DNA from: Trueperaceae bacterium
GTDB lineage: Bacteria > Deinococcota > Deinococci > Deinococcales > Trueperaceae
Length of the DNA stretch: 64,000 nucleotides
NCBI GenBank assembly: GCA_965214405.1
Contig: OZ243956.1
Location: forward strand, 4,096,001-4,160,000
Reading direction: 5' to 3'
A program made the translations under genes and the position numbers. How positions within the stretch are numbered: position 1 is the first letter of the stretch; each line of letters opens with the position of its first letter. Positions 1 to 10,614 of the stretch are shown here, in pieces. The notes under the pieces were generated by a model. That model was not told where the DNA came from. It did not search any database and saw nothing but the letters and a program-made list of their open reading frames with translations.

Positions 1-555
1 GCGATGATGGTCGATGTGCCCGCCCAGGTGGGCGTGCGCGAAACGCGCTCCATCGTCGGGGACTACGTGCTTACCGAAGCGGAGTGCCGCGCCAATCAAG
101 AGTTTCACGACTCGATTATGACGGCCCAAATCATGTTCGACGCGCACGACATCGACCGCTATTTGCTGGAAATCCTCAAGGGCGCTGTTGATATTCCTTA
201 CGGCTGCTTTTTGCCGAAGGGGCTCGAGGGCCTCGTCGTGGTGGGGCGCTGTATTTCGTCGGACCACATCGCCAACAGCGGGATTCGTAAGATGGAGAGC
301 GTGTTTCAAACAGGTCAGGCAGGGGGTACGGCGGCGGCGCTGGCGGCGCTGGCCGACGTGCCGCTGCGCGAGGTGCCCATTTCCAAAATTCGGGACGCGC
401 TCAAAGCCGCGGCCTTCCGGGTGAGCCAGGAAGACCGCTTTGCTCATCAGGACGACGTGCTCGCCATGAAGCGCGACGACTGGCGCAAAAACCGCAAGCC
501 CAAGAAGTGGGCCAGTGCCGAGTATGAACGTGCCGCCCAACCGGCGGGCGATTGA
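1..555 (+). CDS. FAD-dependent oxidoreductase family protein, C-terminal part (5' end outside the window)
   Basis: Frame is open from base 1. Motifs GVRETRSIVGDY, DIPYGCFLP, VVGRCIS and GQAGGTAAALA are typical of this family. Confidence 0.8.
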   Translation, partial: AMMVDVPAQVGVRETRSIVGDYVLTEAECRANQEFHDSIMTAQIMFDAHDIDRYLLEILKGAVDIPYGCFLPKGLEGLVVVGRCISSDHIANSGIRKMESVFQTGQAGGTAAALAALADVPLREVPISKIRDALKAAAFRVSQEDRFAHQDDVLAMKRDDWRKNRKPKKWASAEYERAAQPAGD

Positions 556-607
556 GCGCCCATGCTCCTCTCCACACCCAAAAACACGTTTGCGAGTTGA
601 TGGCTAG

Positions 608-1672
608 ATGAAGACACACCGCGTAGCGGTCGTTCCCGGCGACGGGATTGGCTCTGAGGTCATTGGGTCCGGGATTCAGGTGCTCGAGAGGGTTGCGCCA
701 CGCCACGGGATAAAGCTCGAGTGGACGTTCTTTCCCTGGGGCTGCCGCTACTTTCAGGAAACCGGGGTGATGATGCCGACAGGGGGGCTCGAGCAGCTCG
801 CCCCTCACGACGCCATTTTTCTCGGGGCGGTGGGCCAGCCGGGGGTGCCTGATCACGTTTCGTTGTGGGGGCTGCTCATCCCCATCCGCCGCCGTTTCGA
901 CCAGTACGTCAACCTTCGGCCCGTGCGTCTTCTCAAAGGTATTCGCTCGCCCCTGGCGAACCGCGACAGCAGCGACATCGACTTCGTCATCGTCCGCGAG
1001 AACGTCGAGGGCGAATATTCCGAGATTGGCGGTCGGCTTTACCGGGGTACGGAGCAGGAAATGGCGGTACAAGAAACAATTTTTACGCGCCGCGGCGTGG
1101 ACCGGGTGATGCACTATGCTTTCAAGCTGGCCCAAAGCCGACCCCGAAAAAGCCTCACCTCGGCGACAAAGTCCAACGGCATCATCCACACGATGCCCTT
1201 TTGGGACGAACGCTTTGACAGCGTGGCCGCGGACTATCCCGACGTACAAACCAACCGCTACCACATCGACATCCTCACCGCGCACTTCGTACAGCATCCC
1301 GACCTGTTTGACGTGGTTGTCGCCAGCAACTTGTTCGGCGATATTTTGTCCGACTTAGGCCCCGCCGTGGCCGGGGGCATCGGCACCGCGCCCTCGGCGA
1401 ACCTCAACCCCGAACGCGACCACCCCTCGATGTTCGAGCCCGTTCACGGCTCTGCGCCCGACATCGCCGGAAAGGGCGTGGCGAATCCGATTGCCACCTT
1501 TTGGACGGCGAGCATGATGCTCGAGCACCTGGGCCACGCAGACGCGGCGCACGAGCTGATGACCGCCGTTGAAACCGTGACGGGCACGCGCGCGTGTTTG
1601 ACGCCCGACTTGGGAGGCGCTGCCACGACCAAGGAGGTGACGGCTGCCCTCTTGAACGCCTTGGACGCTTAG
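608..1672 (+). CDS. Tartrate/D-malate dehydrogenase (isocitrate/isopropylmalate dehydrogenase family)
   Basis: Motifs PGDGIG, LWGLLIPIRRRFDQYVNLRP, SATKSNGI..TMPFWDE, NLFGDILSD and FEPVHGSAPDIAG. Confidence 0.9.
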   Translation: MKTHRVAVVPGDGIGSEVIGSGIQVLERVAPRHGIKLEWTFFPWGCRYFQETGVMMPTGGLEQLAPHDAIFLGAVGQPGVPDHVSLWGLLIPIRRRFDQYVNLRPVRLLKGIRSPLANRDSSDIDFVIVRENVEGEYSEIGGRLYRGTEQEMAVQETIFTRRGVDRVMHYAFKLAQSRPRKSLTSATKSNGIIHTMPFWDERFDSVAADYPDVQTNRYHIDILTAHFVQHPDLFDVVVASNLFGDILSDLGPAVAGGIGTAPSANLNPERDHPSMFEPVHGSAPDIAGKGVANPIATFWTASMMLEHLGHADAAHELMTAVETVTGTRACLTPDLGGAATTKEVTAALLNALDA

Positions 1673-1760
1673 CGAGTCGGAGAGGCAAAAAACATAACTC
1701 GGCGAAGATTTGAACCTTCGCCGAGTTCGTCACGATGACGCTTTCTCTAAAAACGCCTGC

Positions 1761-2891
1761 CTAAAAGTCGAAGTCGTCGATGTTGTCCGCCGTAAAAATG
1801 AACGGCGCACCCAGCAGCACTTCGGAGCCGTTGACGATCTGCAAGTCGCCCAAGCGACCCGCCAACACCGAGGTCGCGCCGGGCTCGAGTTCACCGTCTG
1901 CGAGTGCCCGCATCACGTAGGTCGCTGCGTAGCCTAAGTCAACGGGATTCCACAGCACCACGCTCTCAACACAGCCTTCGGACACATAAGGTTTCATGGC
2001 GTTGGGCGTCGCTAGGCCGATAACCGCGACCTCGCCGCAGAGCCCGGCCTGCGTGACCGCGTCCGCCGAGGAGGGCGTCGCCACGCTCGTCATGCCGAAA
2101 ATGGCGTCCAAATCTTCGCCGTATTTGTTGATAAGGGTGTTCGCCTGGTTAAACGACGCGATGGCGTCCTCTTGCGCTTCTAGGGTCTCGAGCCACGCCA
2201 TCTCCGGGTAGCACTGCTCTTGGTAGGCTTGCATTTCGGCAATCCAGCGCGCCTGATTGGGCGTCGTAAAGGTGCTCGTCACGATGCCGAACGAGGCGTC
2301 TTCGCCCTTTTCGGCGGCGAGGCTGTCCATCATCGCCTTACCGATGCCGTTGAACTCGGCCTGGTTGACAAACCAGTTGCGCGCGTCGGGCTGACTATTG
2401 GCGTCGTAGCCGACGACGTAAACGCCTCCCTCTAAAGCCCGCTTTAAGACCGGCGAAATCGCCACGGGGTCGTTGGCGGCGAAGAGGAGGCCGTCGGCGT
2501 TGCCGCTCGAGAGGTAGTTTTCAATCACCGCAATCTGGTCGTCGATGTTCGCCTCGGTCGGCCCGTCGGTCGTGACGCTCACGTTGCCGAGTTCCTCGGC
2601 GGCCTGCTGCATCCCCAAAGAGGTCGCGTCAAAGTAGCCGATGCCGATGAGCTTGGGCACGTCGACGACGTTGAGATCGGCTCCGGGGGCGGCCCTGGGG
2701 CTGGTCACGGTGCCGCCGTCGTAGGGCGTCGACGGCATTTCAGCCGCGCCGCCGTCGCACGAGAGCGGGTTGGTGGGCAGGCTGTCCGCGCCGTCCCACC
2801 GCTGCGCGAACGCGGTGCTTAAAGCTGCGGTTAAAGCTATGGTCAAGAGTAGGGCGAACGTAAAGCTTGCGAATGGTCTAAGTTTCTGCAT
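1761..2891 (-). CDS. Sugar ABC transporter substrate-binding protein (rhamnose/AI-2 LsrB-like)
   Basis: Signal peptide ending AFA; motifs VPKLIGIGYF, TPNQARWI and VVLWNPVDLGY; lies next to rhaI/rhaD. Confidence 0.85.
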   Translation of the reverse strand: MQKLRPFASFTFALLLTIALTAALSTAFAQRWDGADSLPTNPLSCDGGAAEMPSTPYDGGTVTSPRAAPGADLNVVDVPKLIGIGYFDATSLGMQQAAEELGNVSVTTDGPTEANIDDQIAVIENYLSSGNADGLLFAANDPVAISPVLKRALEGGVYVVGYDANSQPDARNWFVNQAEFNGIGKAMMDSLAAEKGEDASFGIVTSTFTTPNQARWIAEMQAYQEQCYPEMAWLETLEAQEDAIASFNQANTLINKYGEDLDAIFGMTSVATPSSADAVTQAGLCGEVAVIGLATPNAMKPYVSEGCVESVVLWNPVDLGYAATYVMRALADGELEPGATSVLAGRLGDLQIVNGSEVLLGAPFIFTADNIDDFDF

Positions 2892-2972
2892 GGGTTCCTC
2901 CCTGGAACGTGTTTCGGGGTTTGGATGTGTGGACGGCTCGAGGGTATCTTCAAATCGAGTGCTTGGCGGTCA

Positions 2973-3956
2973 TCACCTCCCCTTGAGTCCCTGAATGGAG
3001 TTGTTGATGAGGATGGCGAGAATAAGGATGCTGCCAATCACAATGATGGTCGCGTCGCCCGTCACCCCGGAGAGCGCGAGGCCGTTTTTGAGGAGCTGAA
3101 TGAGGATGAGCCCCAACACCGTACCGAGAATCGTCCCCTTGCCCCCGAAGATGCTCGTGCCGCCCAGCACCACCGCGGCGATGGCGTCGAGCTCGAGCCC
3201 GCTCCCCATATCACTCCGTGTCGTCGTCACGCGAGACACGAAAATCACGCCCGCGAGCGCGCTCATGAGCCCGGCGTAGCCGTAGCTGAGCAGCAGCGTA
3301 CGCCCGACCGGTAAGCCGCTAAAGCGCGCCCCGACGGGATTGTTGCCGATGGCGTAGAGCGAACGACCCAGGGTGGTAAAGCGTAGGAGGATGCTCGAGA
3401 GGACAGCGAACACAATAAACAGCCAGAGCTGTACCGGCAGCCCCAGCAGGTTCGCTTGCGCGAGACTCGTGAACCAAAGCGGATACCCGGTCACGCTGCG
3501 CGCCTGACTGATGCCCTGGGCGAGCCCGCGGTAGAGCGCCAACGTCGCCAGCGTCATAATCAGCGGCGGCACCCCCACCCGGACGATAAACAGCCCGTTC
3601 ATGAGCCCCGCCAAAACGCCGATAATCAGCGCCAGCACCACAGCGAGAGCCAGGGGAATCCCTAAAGTGCTCCAAAACACCCCGAGCAAAATCGCGCAGA
3701 GCCCCAGAATCGACCCGACCGATAAGTCGATGCCCGCCGTGATGATGATAAACGTCATCGGTAGGGCGACGAGGCCCACTTCGCTCATGAGGCGGCCCTG
3801 GTTGAAGAGGTTGCGGAGGGACAAAAAGTTGGGGTTGCGGCTTGCAAAAACGGCGACGACGATGACGAGGAGAAGAAACAAAATCCCCTCCTGGCTTAGC
3901 AGCGCCGTGCGGAGCCGCTGACCGACACCGGGAGCTTGGGTTCTCGTCGCCATCAA
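2973..3956 (-). CDS. Sugar ABC transporter permease (RbsC family)
   Basis: Motifs GIDLSVGS, GRSLYAIGNN..ARFSG and ELDAIAAVVLGGTSIFGGKG. Confidence 0.9.
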   Translation of the reverse strand: MMATRTQAPGVGQRLRTALLSQEGILFLLLVIVVAVFASRNPNFLSLRNLFNQGRLMSEVGLVALPMTFIIITAGIDLSVGSILGLCAILLGVFWSTLGIPLALAVVLALIIGVLAGLMNGLFIVRVGVPPLIMTLATLALYRGLAQGISQARSVTGYPLWFTSLAQANLLGLPVQLWLFIVFAVLSSILLRFTTLGRSLYAIGNNPVGARFSGLPVGRTLLLSYGYAGLMSALAGVIFVSRVTTTRSDMGSGLELDAIAAVVLGGTSIFGGKGTILGTVLGLILIQLLKNGLALSGVTGDATIIVIGSILILAILINNSIQGLKGR

Positions 3957-5356
3957 ACCCGCTGCCTTTGCCTGCGGAGCAGGTCAATAAGCACAGTAAC
4001 CAAAATGAGCACGCCCTGCACCGCCTGAATCCAAAAGGGCGACACGTTGACAAACACCATCCCGGAGCGAATCGTGTTGAGCAGAATCGCGGCGAGCGTC
4101 GCGCCAACGACCGTGCCCTTGCCGCCAAGAATACTCACGCCGCCCACGACCGCGGCGGTAATGACGAAAAGCTCGAGCCCCGGCGGCGGCGTCGCCTGAA
4201 TCACTTGCAGTTGCGTCGCGTAAAGCAAGCTCGCCAAGCCTGCAAAAACTCCGTTTAAGACGAACGCCATGATGACGACTCGAGTCGCGTCTATCCCTGA
4301 GAGCCGCGCCGCCACCGCGTTGCCGCCCACCGCGTAAAGCGTCCGCCCCGCCGGGCTGTACCACATACACAAAGCAGCGAGCAGCGTCAGCACGAGCATA
4401 AACACAATGGGCATGGGCACACCGAAGGGTTTCGTTTGCGCGAGGTAAAACCCGTCCGGCATCCCCGTCACGCGCTGCCCGCTCGTCCACAAAATGAGCA
4501 CGCCCTTGAGGATGCTGAACATCCCCAGCGTGACCACGATGGAGGGTACGCGCAAATAAGTCACGATAAACCCAATCAGCGCCCCCACCCCCGCGCCGAT
4601 AACCAAGGGCGCAAGCCAAGCCATCCACACGGGCACATCCGCCACGACCATGCGCCCGCTAATGACCGCGAGCAGCCCGATAAGCGAGCCCACCGAGATA
4701 TCGATGTTGCCCGTGATGATCAACATACTCATGCCGATGGCCGCCACCGCGATGTAAGCGTTGCCCGAGAGCACATCGAGCAGGTTGCGCGTCGCCAAAA
4801 AACGCGGGCTACTCAGGCCGACGACCACCAAGAGTAGGACGAGCGCGATGATGATGGCGCTTTCCTGATTGGCCGCCAAGTTGCGTAGGCTGTACTCTCG
4901 AGACGTTTCGGGGCGCGGCAGGGCGACTTGCAAGAGCATCACCACGCCCAAACCCAGGAGCGCCCAGAAGCCAGAGCCCATTTGGTTAAGATATGTGGCC
5001 GCTTCCGCGCGGTAGTCGAGGGCGAAGACGGCGAAATACTCGAGCATCACCACCCCCGCCAACGCCGTGAGCGCCGCCGTCGCGCGGCTCACTTGCGCGT
5101 TGGTGAGGTTCCACAGCCCTAAAAAGAGCAGCACCAGCGCCGCGAAGGGGATGAGGGCTAAGCCGTTGGTGGTCAGCCCCACTTCGTTGTTGCCGCGCGT
5201 CTCGGTGAGCACGGGAATCGTCGTCGCGCCGAGCCCTGGTTGGTGGACGAAGGGCAAAAACTGGTAAGCGACGAACACGAGGACGGCCAACAAAATAGGG
5301 ATGAGCAACACGGGTTGGAAGCTCGAGCCGGTCGTCGTCACCGCCCTACCCGTCAC
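3953..5356 (-). CDS. Sugar ABC transporter permease (RbsC family) with about 150 aa of extra N-terminal membrane segment
   Basis: Motifs GNIDISVGS, GRTLYAVGGN and AVVGGVSILGGKG in the C-terminal two thirds; about 4 extra hydrophobic helices precede them. Confidence 0.85.
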   Translation of the reverse strand: MTGRAVTTTGSSFQPVLLIPILLAVLVFVAYQFLPFVHQPGLGATTIPVLTETRGNNEVGLTTNGLALIPFAALVLLFLGLWNLTNAQVSRATAALTALAGVVMLEYFAVFALDYRAEAATYLNQMGSGFWALLGLGVVMLLQVALPRPETSREYSLRNLAANQESAIIIALVLLLVVVGLSSPRFLATRNLLDVLSGNAYIAVAAIGMSMLIITGNIDISVGSLIGLLAVISGRMVVADVPVWMAWLAPLVIGAGVGALIGFIVTYLRVPSIVVTLGMFSILKGVLILWTSGQRVTGMPDGFYLAQTKPFGVPMPIVFMLVLTLLAALCMWYSPAGRTLYAVGGNAVAARLSGIDATRVVIMAFVLNGVFAGLASLLYATQLQVIQATPPPGLELFVITAAVVGGVSILGGKGTVVGATLAAILLNTIRSGMVFVNVSPFWIQAVQGVLILVTVLIDLLRRQRQRV

Positions 5357-6879
5357 GCCGCCACACTCGCCTTGTCCGCGTCACCCATCATCGCGCCCGC
5401 AATCCGCTCTTGCGTCGTGTCCGCCCGCGCGACCTCCGCGACGATGCGCCCGCCGCGCATTACGAGCACGCGGTCGCTCATCCCGAGGATTTCGGGCAGC
5501 TCGGACGAAATCATCAGGATGGCGAGTCCGCGCTCCGCCGCCAGGCGGCTCATCAGGCGGTGAATCTCGCTCTTCGCGCCCACATCGACGCCGCGCGTCG
5601 GCTCGTCGATGATGAGGAGCTTTGGGTTGGAGGCGAGCCATTTGCCCACTACGACCTTTTGCTGGTTGCCGCCCGAGAGGTTGTCAACGATTTGCTCGGG
5701 GCCGTAGGCGCGGATGCCGAACTGCTCGATGGCCCGAGCAGCCAATGTCTTCTCTTCCCCTCGCTTAATGAACGAGCCGCTCGAGTACGCCCTCAACACC
5801 GCCATCGACAGGTTCTCGCGCACCGTCATCTCTTTGATGAGCCCCTGCGTGCCCCGGTCTTCGGGCACGTAGGCAATCCCGTTCGCCACCGCCTGCGCGG
5901 GTCCTCTGATGTTCACGCGCTTACCGTCAATCAAAATCTCACCCGACTGCGCAGGCAAAATCCCAAAAATCGCCTGCGCCGTCTCGCTGCGCCCCGCCCC
6001 GACGAGGCCCGCCAAGCCGACGATTTCCCCAGCCCGCACCGTAAACGACACGTCCCGCGTGTGGGGCTCGTTGGTGAGCTCCCGCACCTCGAGCACCACC
6101 TCGCCCACTTCAGCCTCTTGCTTCGGGAAAAGCTGGTCGATGGTGCGCCCGACCATCATGTTTATCAGCTCGCCTTCGGTTACGTCCACGACGTTTTGCG
6201 TGCCGATATACGCGCCGTCGCGCAGCACGCTCACCCGGTCGGCGAGTTCAAAGACCTCGCTCAGTTTGTGCGAAATGTACACGACGCCCACGCCCCGTTC
6301 ACGGAGCAACCGCACGGTCTTAAAAAGGCTGGCGACGTCCGCCTCGCTCAGCGCCGCGGTGGGCTCGTCCATGATGAGGAGCTTGGCCCCCTTCGAGAGC
6401 GCCTTGGCGATTTCCACGCGCTGCCGGTTGCCGACGTTCAGGGTGCCCACTTTTTGCTTCACATCAAGGTTATAAACCTCTAACTCCGCCAGCACCTCTC
6501 GAGCCCGCCGCGCCGTCGCGTCCCAGTCAATCACGCTCAATGGCCCCAAGCTTCTGCGGGGCGCGTGACCCAAAAAGATGTTTTCGGCGACGGTGAGTTC
6601 GGGATAGAGGCTGAGTTCTTGGTGGATGGTGTCAATACCCAACGCTTGCGCGTCTCGAGGGTTGCCGAGCTTAAACGGTTTACCTTGCCAGTGCATCGTG
6701 CCCTCGTCAGGCTGATAAACCCCGGAAATCGTTTTGATGAGCGTTGACTTACCCGCGCCGTTCTCGCCCAGAAGCGCATGGACCTCCCCGGCGCGCACCT
6801 CGAAATCGACGCCTTTAAGCGCGTGAACGCCGGGAAAGCGTTTGTGAACGCTCTTCATGCTCAGCAGCGCGTTGCTGAT
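5353..6879 (-). CDS. Sugar ABC transporter ATP-binding protein (RbsA/MglA type). Start is uncertain: ATG at 6858 or ATC at 6879
   Basis: GENGAGKST, DEPT, LSGGNQQK and DEPTRGVDVGAK. AGGAGG lies 8 nt before the ATC at 6879. Confidence 0.9.
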   Translation of the reverse strand: MSNALLSMKSVHKRFPGVHALKGVDFEVRAGEVHALLGENGAGKSTLIKTISGVYQPDEGTMHWQGKPFKLGNPRDAQALGIDTIHQELSLYPELTVAENIFLGHAPRRSLGPLSVIDWDATARRAREVLAELEVYNLDVKQKVGTLNVGNRQRVEIAKALSKGAKLLIMDEPTAALSEADVASLFKTVRLLRERGVGVVYISHKLSEVFELADRVSVLRDGAYIGTQNVVDVTEGELINMMVGRTIDQLFPKQEAEVGEVVLEVRELTNEPHTRDVSFTVRAGEIVGLAGLVGAGRSETAQAIFGILPAQSGEILIDGKRVNIRGPAQAVANGIAYVPEDRGTQGLIKEMTVRENLSMAVLRAYSSGSFIKRGEEKTLAARAIEQFGIRAYGPEQIVDNLSGGNQQKVVVGKWLASNPKLLIIDEPTRGVDVGAKSEIHRLMSRLAAERGLAILMISSELPEILGMSDRVLVMRGGRIVAEVARADTTQERIAGAMMGDADKASVAA

Positions 6880-7045
6880 ACGCTCAACCTCCTTGTGTAC
6901 CTGCCCTTGGACCTACTCGAGCCCAGCCACGGTTGCTTACCCGCCTACCCAACCTATAAAGTGTCCCTGTACCCTGACGTGATGCTTTAGCATAGTATCA
7001 AGTCGTCTTGACAGTTGCAACGGCGCGAGGGGCTCGAGCGGGCCA

Positions 7046-7130
7046 CCGCGAAATAGCTGCGAAAAAGTTGCGACAAAATTGCAACATATGGCGACAGAAC
7101 TACGACGAAGCCGTAACAAAGCTTGCGATA
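7046..7130. promoter_or_regulatory. Phased degenerate direct-repeat array (about 11-bp period) in the divergent rhamnose promoter region
   Basis: CCGCGAAA 7046, CTGCGAAA 7057, TTGCGACA 7068, TTGCAACA 7079, TGGCGACA 7089, CTACGACG 7100, CCGTAACA 7111, TTGCGATA 7123. Confidence 0.45.
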
Positions 7131-7148
7131 AAATCTCGAGGAGGTTCA

Positions 7149-8324
7149 GTGAACCAAACCATACATGACGCACTCAAAAGTCAACAGATCGAAACCCCCT
7201 CCTGGGGCTACGGCGACACGGGCACCCGGTTTAAGACGTTCGCCTACCCCGGCGCGGCCCGGACGGTTTGGGAGAAGATAGAAGACGCCGCGCTCATCCA
7301 TAAGCTTACCGGCGTCGCCCCGCGCGTCGCCCTGCATATCCCGTGGGACCGAGTAGACGACTGGGCGGAGCTCAAACGTTTTGCTGGAAACTTGGGTATC
7401 GGCGTCGGCGCCATTAATCCAAACGTGTTTCAAGACGAAGCTTACAAACTCGGCTCACTCGGGCACCCGGATGTGGCGGTGCAGCGTAAAGCTACCGCGC
7501 ACCTGCTCGACTGCTGTGACGTGATGCGCGAAACCGGCGCGAAAGACCTTTCTTTATGGTTTGCCGACGGGACCAACTACGCTGGACAGGACAGTCTGAG
7601 GATGCGTAAAGCACGCTTTGAACACGGTCTGGCTGAGGTTTACGCGGCGCTGCCGGAGGGGGGGCGAATGCTCCTAGAGTACAAGCCCTTCGAGCCTGCT
7701 TTTTACGCCACCGACATCGCCGATTGGGGCATGGCCTACGCGCACTGCCTGAAGTTGGGGCCAAAGGCCCAGGTCTTAGTCGATCTGGGTCATCATTTGC
7801 AGGGGACCAACATCGAGCAAATCGTGGCGTTTTTGCTTTCCGAAGAAAAGCTCGGCGGCTTTCATTTCAACAGCCGCCGCTACGCCGACGACGACCTCAT
7901 CGTCGGCACCAAAGACCCGTTCGAGCTGTTTTGTATCTACGCCGAACTCGTTGGGGCGAAGCGGAGTGGTTTAGCGGGTGTGGACGGCGTCGCCTACATG
8001 ATTGACCAGAGCCACAACATCGAACCGAAGTTGGAGGCTATGCTGCTTTCGGTCCTGAACTGCCAGGAGGCGTATGCGAAGGCGCTTCACATAGATTTTT
8101 CGGCTCTTGGGGAGGGGCAGCAAAAAGGGGACGTTTTGGGCGCGCATGAAGTGTTGATGGACGCCTTTAGAACCGACGTTCGCCCCTTGTTACGCGAGTT
8201 CCGGGAGACGCTGGGCCTAGACCCTGACCCCATGCAAGCCTTGAAGCGCGGCGACTATGAGAGAACTCGAGCCGAAGCGCGCGGCACCGCCCAGGGCGGT
8301 GGCGGTTACCCGAGTAGCGACTGA
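7149..8324 (+). CDS. rhaI: L-rhamnose isomerase (RhaI type, xylose-isomerase-like TIM barrel)
   Basis: Motifs [42 protein letters not shown] and MIDQSHN. GAGGAGG precedes the GTG at 7149. Confidence 0.9.
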   Translation: MNQTIHDALKSQQIETPSWGYGDTGTRFKTFAYPGAARTVWEKIEDAALIHKLTGVAPRVALHIPWDRVDDWAELKRFAGNLGIGVGAINPNVFQDEAYKLGSLGHPDVAVQRKATAHLLDCCDVMRETGAKDLSLWFADGTNYAGQDSLRMRKARFEHGLAEVYAALPEGGRMLLEYKPFEPAFYATDIADWGMAYAHCLKLGPKAQVLVDLGHHLQGTNIEQIVAFLLSEEKLGGFHFNSRRYADDDLIVGTKDPFELFCIYAELVGAKRSGLAGVDGVAYMIDQSHNIEPKLEAMLLSVLNCQEAYAKALHIDFSALGEGQQKGDVLGAHEVLMDAFRTDVRPLLREFRETLGLDPDPMQALKRGDYERTRAEARGTAQGGGGYPSSD

Positions 8325-8372
8325 GGTAGGCAGTCTCAAAGTTTTATTCGTTTTCATGAAAGAGAGAAACCT

Positions 8373-10553
8373 ATGCCAGATAATTACCAATTTGTTGATT
8401 ACCTTTGGGACGACGCTTACGCCAACACCCTAGACCCCGTCGAACGCCTCGTCTACCGCTCCAACCTGCTCGGCCAAGACCAGCGCATCACCAATACGGG
8501 TGGCGGCAATACCAGCAGCAAAATCATGATGCCCGACCCTCTGAGCGGGGAAGAGGTCGAGGTGATGTTCGTTAAAGGCTCGGGGGGCGACTTGCGCACC
8601 GCCAAACGCGAGAACTTCGCATCGCTCTACATGGACAAGTTTCTGGCGTTGGAAAATCTTTACAACGCCGCCGAGGAAAAGGGCGTCAAAACGCCCATAG
8701 AAGACGAGCTGGTCGGCATGTACCCGCACACGGTCTACAACCTAAACCCCAGGGCCAGCTCCATCGACACGCCGCTGCACGGCTTTATACCCTCCAAGCA
8801 CGTGGACCACACCCACCCGGTCGCGGTCATCGCTATTGCCGCGAGCAAGGACGGCGAAAGGCTCACCCGCGAGATTTACGGCGACGAGGTCGGCTGGGTA
8901 CCCTGGCAGCGCCCCGGTTTCGATTTGGGGCTGGTGATGCGCGAAATATTACGCGAAAATCCTCAGCTCAAGGGCCTGGTGATGGGCCAGCACGGGCTCA
9001 TCAACTGGGCGGACGACGACAAGGCGTGTTACGAGTTGAGCCTGAACTTGATTGAAAAGGCGGCGCGGTACCTAGACGAGCATGATTTAGGTAATGAAGC
9101 TTTTGGCGGGCAAAAGGTCGCGCCGCTTGGCGAGGCGGAGCGCGACGCCCTGTTGCATAAAATCCTGCCAAGCTTGCGCGGGATGGTCTCGCAGGAACAG
9201 AAGTTTATCGGCACGCTCGAGGCGCGGCCCGAGGTGCTCACCTTTGTTTCCTCACACGACGCGCCGCGGCTGAGTGAACTCGGCACGAGCTGCCCCGACC
9301 ACTTTTTGCGTACCAAAATCAAGCCGCTTTATGTGGACTGGCGACCTGACGAGGGTGCGGAGGGTTTGTTAGAGAAACTTTCTGCTGGCCTCGAGCGTTA
9401 CCGAGAAGACTACGCTCGCTACTACGACGCCCACAAACACCCCGACTCGCCCGCCATGCGAAACCCCAACCCGACGGTCATCCTCATCCCCGGCGTCGGC
9501 ATGGTCGCCTGGGGCAAAAACAAGAGCGAGTCGCGCGTGACCGCCGAGTTTTATACCGGCGCGGTCGGCGTGATGCGCGGCGCGGAAGCGGTGAGCGAGT
9601 ATCAGGCGCTGCCGCAGCAAGAAGCGTTTGACATCGAATATTGGGCGTTAGAGGAGGCCAAGCTCAAAAGGATGCCGCCCGAGAAAGTGTTGGCTCGAGC
9701 CGTCGTCTTAGTCGTCGGCGCGGGCGGCGGTATCGGTAAGGCGGTCGCGCACCGGGTCGCCAAGGAGGGCGCGCACGTGGTCTGCGCCGACCTAAATGAG
9801 CAAGCGGCGCAGGAAACCGCCGATGAACTCTCCAGCACCCACGGCGTCGGCATTGGCGTGGCGGGAACAGGTGTGAGCAGTTGTGGTCCGGCGCTTGCGC
9901 TGGGCGTGGACGTGACGGAGCGAGAGAGTATCCGTGACATGTTCGACACCATTTTGAGGGCTTACGGCGGCGTCGACCACGTCATCGTCACGGCGGGCGT
10001 GTTTTTTGCGCCGGACAAGGACGGCACCCTGGATGACGATAAGTGGGCGCTCACCTACGCCATCAACGTGACGGGTTTGTATCTCGTTGCCGATGAAGCG
10101 CGGCGGGTTTGGGAGGAGCAGGGGCTCGAGGGAAGCTTGGTCCTCACCACCAGCGTCAACGCCGCCGTGCCCAAAAAGGGCTCGCTCGCCTACGACACCT
10201 CCAAGGCGGCGGCCAACCACCTGGTCCGCGAACTCGCCATCGAACTCGCGCCCAAGGTCCGCGTCAATGGCCTCGCGCCCGCGACGGTGGTGGCGGGCAG
10301 CAACATGTTTCCTCGGGACCGGGTGATGAGTTCGCTCCAGAAGTACGATATTTCCTTTAGCGAAGACGAAACCACCGAAGCCCTGCGCGACAAGCTCGCC
10401 CACTTCTACGCGCAACGCACCCTCACCAAAAAGCCCATCACGCCCGAAGACCAGGCGGAGGCGGCTTTTTTGCTCGTCGGCGGTTCTCTGGGCAAGACCA
10501 CCGGGCAAATCATCAGTGTGGACGGCGGGCTGACGGAGGCGTTCTTGCGGTGA
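8373..10553 (+). CDS. rhaD: Bifunctional rhamnulose-1-phosphate aldolase / short-chain dehydrogenase
   Basis: Class II aldolase motifs (GGGNTSSK, SIDTPLH, HVDHTHP, CPDHFLRTK) fused to an SDR domain (GAGGGIG, YDTSK). Confidence 0.9.
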   Translation: MPDNYQFVDYLWDDAYANTLDPVERLVYRSNLLGQDQRITNTGGGNTSSKIMMPDPLSGEEVEVMFVKGSGGDLRTAKRENFASLYMDKFLALENLYNAAEEKGVKTPIEDELVGMYPHTVYNLNPRASSIDTPLHGFIPSKHVDHTHPVAVIAIAASKDGERLTREIYGDEVGWVPWQRPGFDLGLVMREILRENPQLKGLVMGQHGLINWADDDKACYELSLNLIEKAARYLDEHDLGNEAFGGQKVAPLGEAERDALLHKILPSLRGMVSQEQKFIGTLEARPEVLTFVSSHDAPRLSELGTSCPDHFLRTKIKPLYVDWRPDEGAEGLLEKLSAGLERYREDYARYYDAHKHPDSPAMRNPNPTVILIPGVGMVAWGKNKSESRVTAEFYTGAVGVMRGAEAVSEYQALPQQEAFDIEYWALEEAKLKRMPPEKVLARAVVLVVGAGGGIGKAVAHRVAKEGAHVVCADLNEQAAQETADELSSTHGVGIGVAGTGVSSCGPALALGVDVTERESIRDMFDTILRAYGGVDHVIVTAGVFFAPDKDGTLDDDKWALTYAINVTGLYLVADEARRVWEEQGLEGSLVLTTSVNAAVPKKGSLAYDTSKAAANHLVRELAIELAPKVRVNGLAPATVVAGSNMFPRDRVMSSLQKYDISFSEDETTEALRDKLAHFYAQRTLTKKPITPEDQAEAAFLLVGGSLGKTTGQIISVDGGLTEAFLR

Positions 10554-10614
10554 GGGAAGAATCAACGACGGAGCGGACGACGACACATTTCACAGTTAGG
10601 CGTCTGAGTGCATC

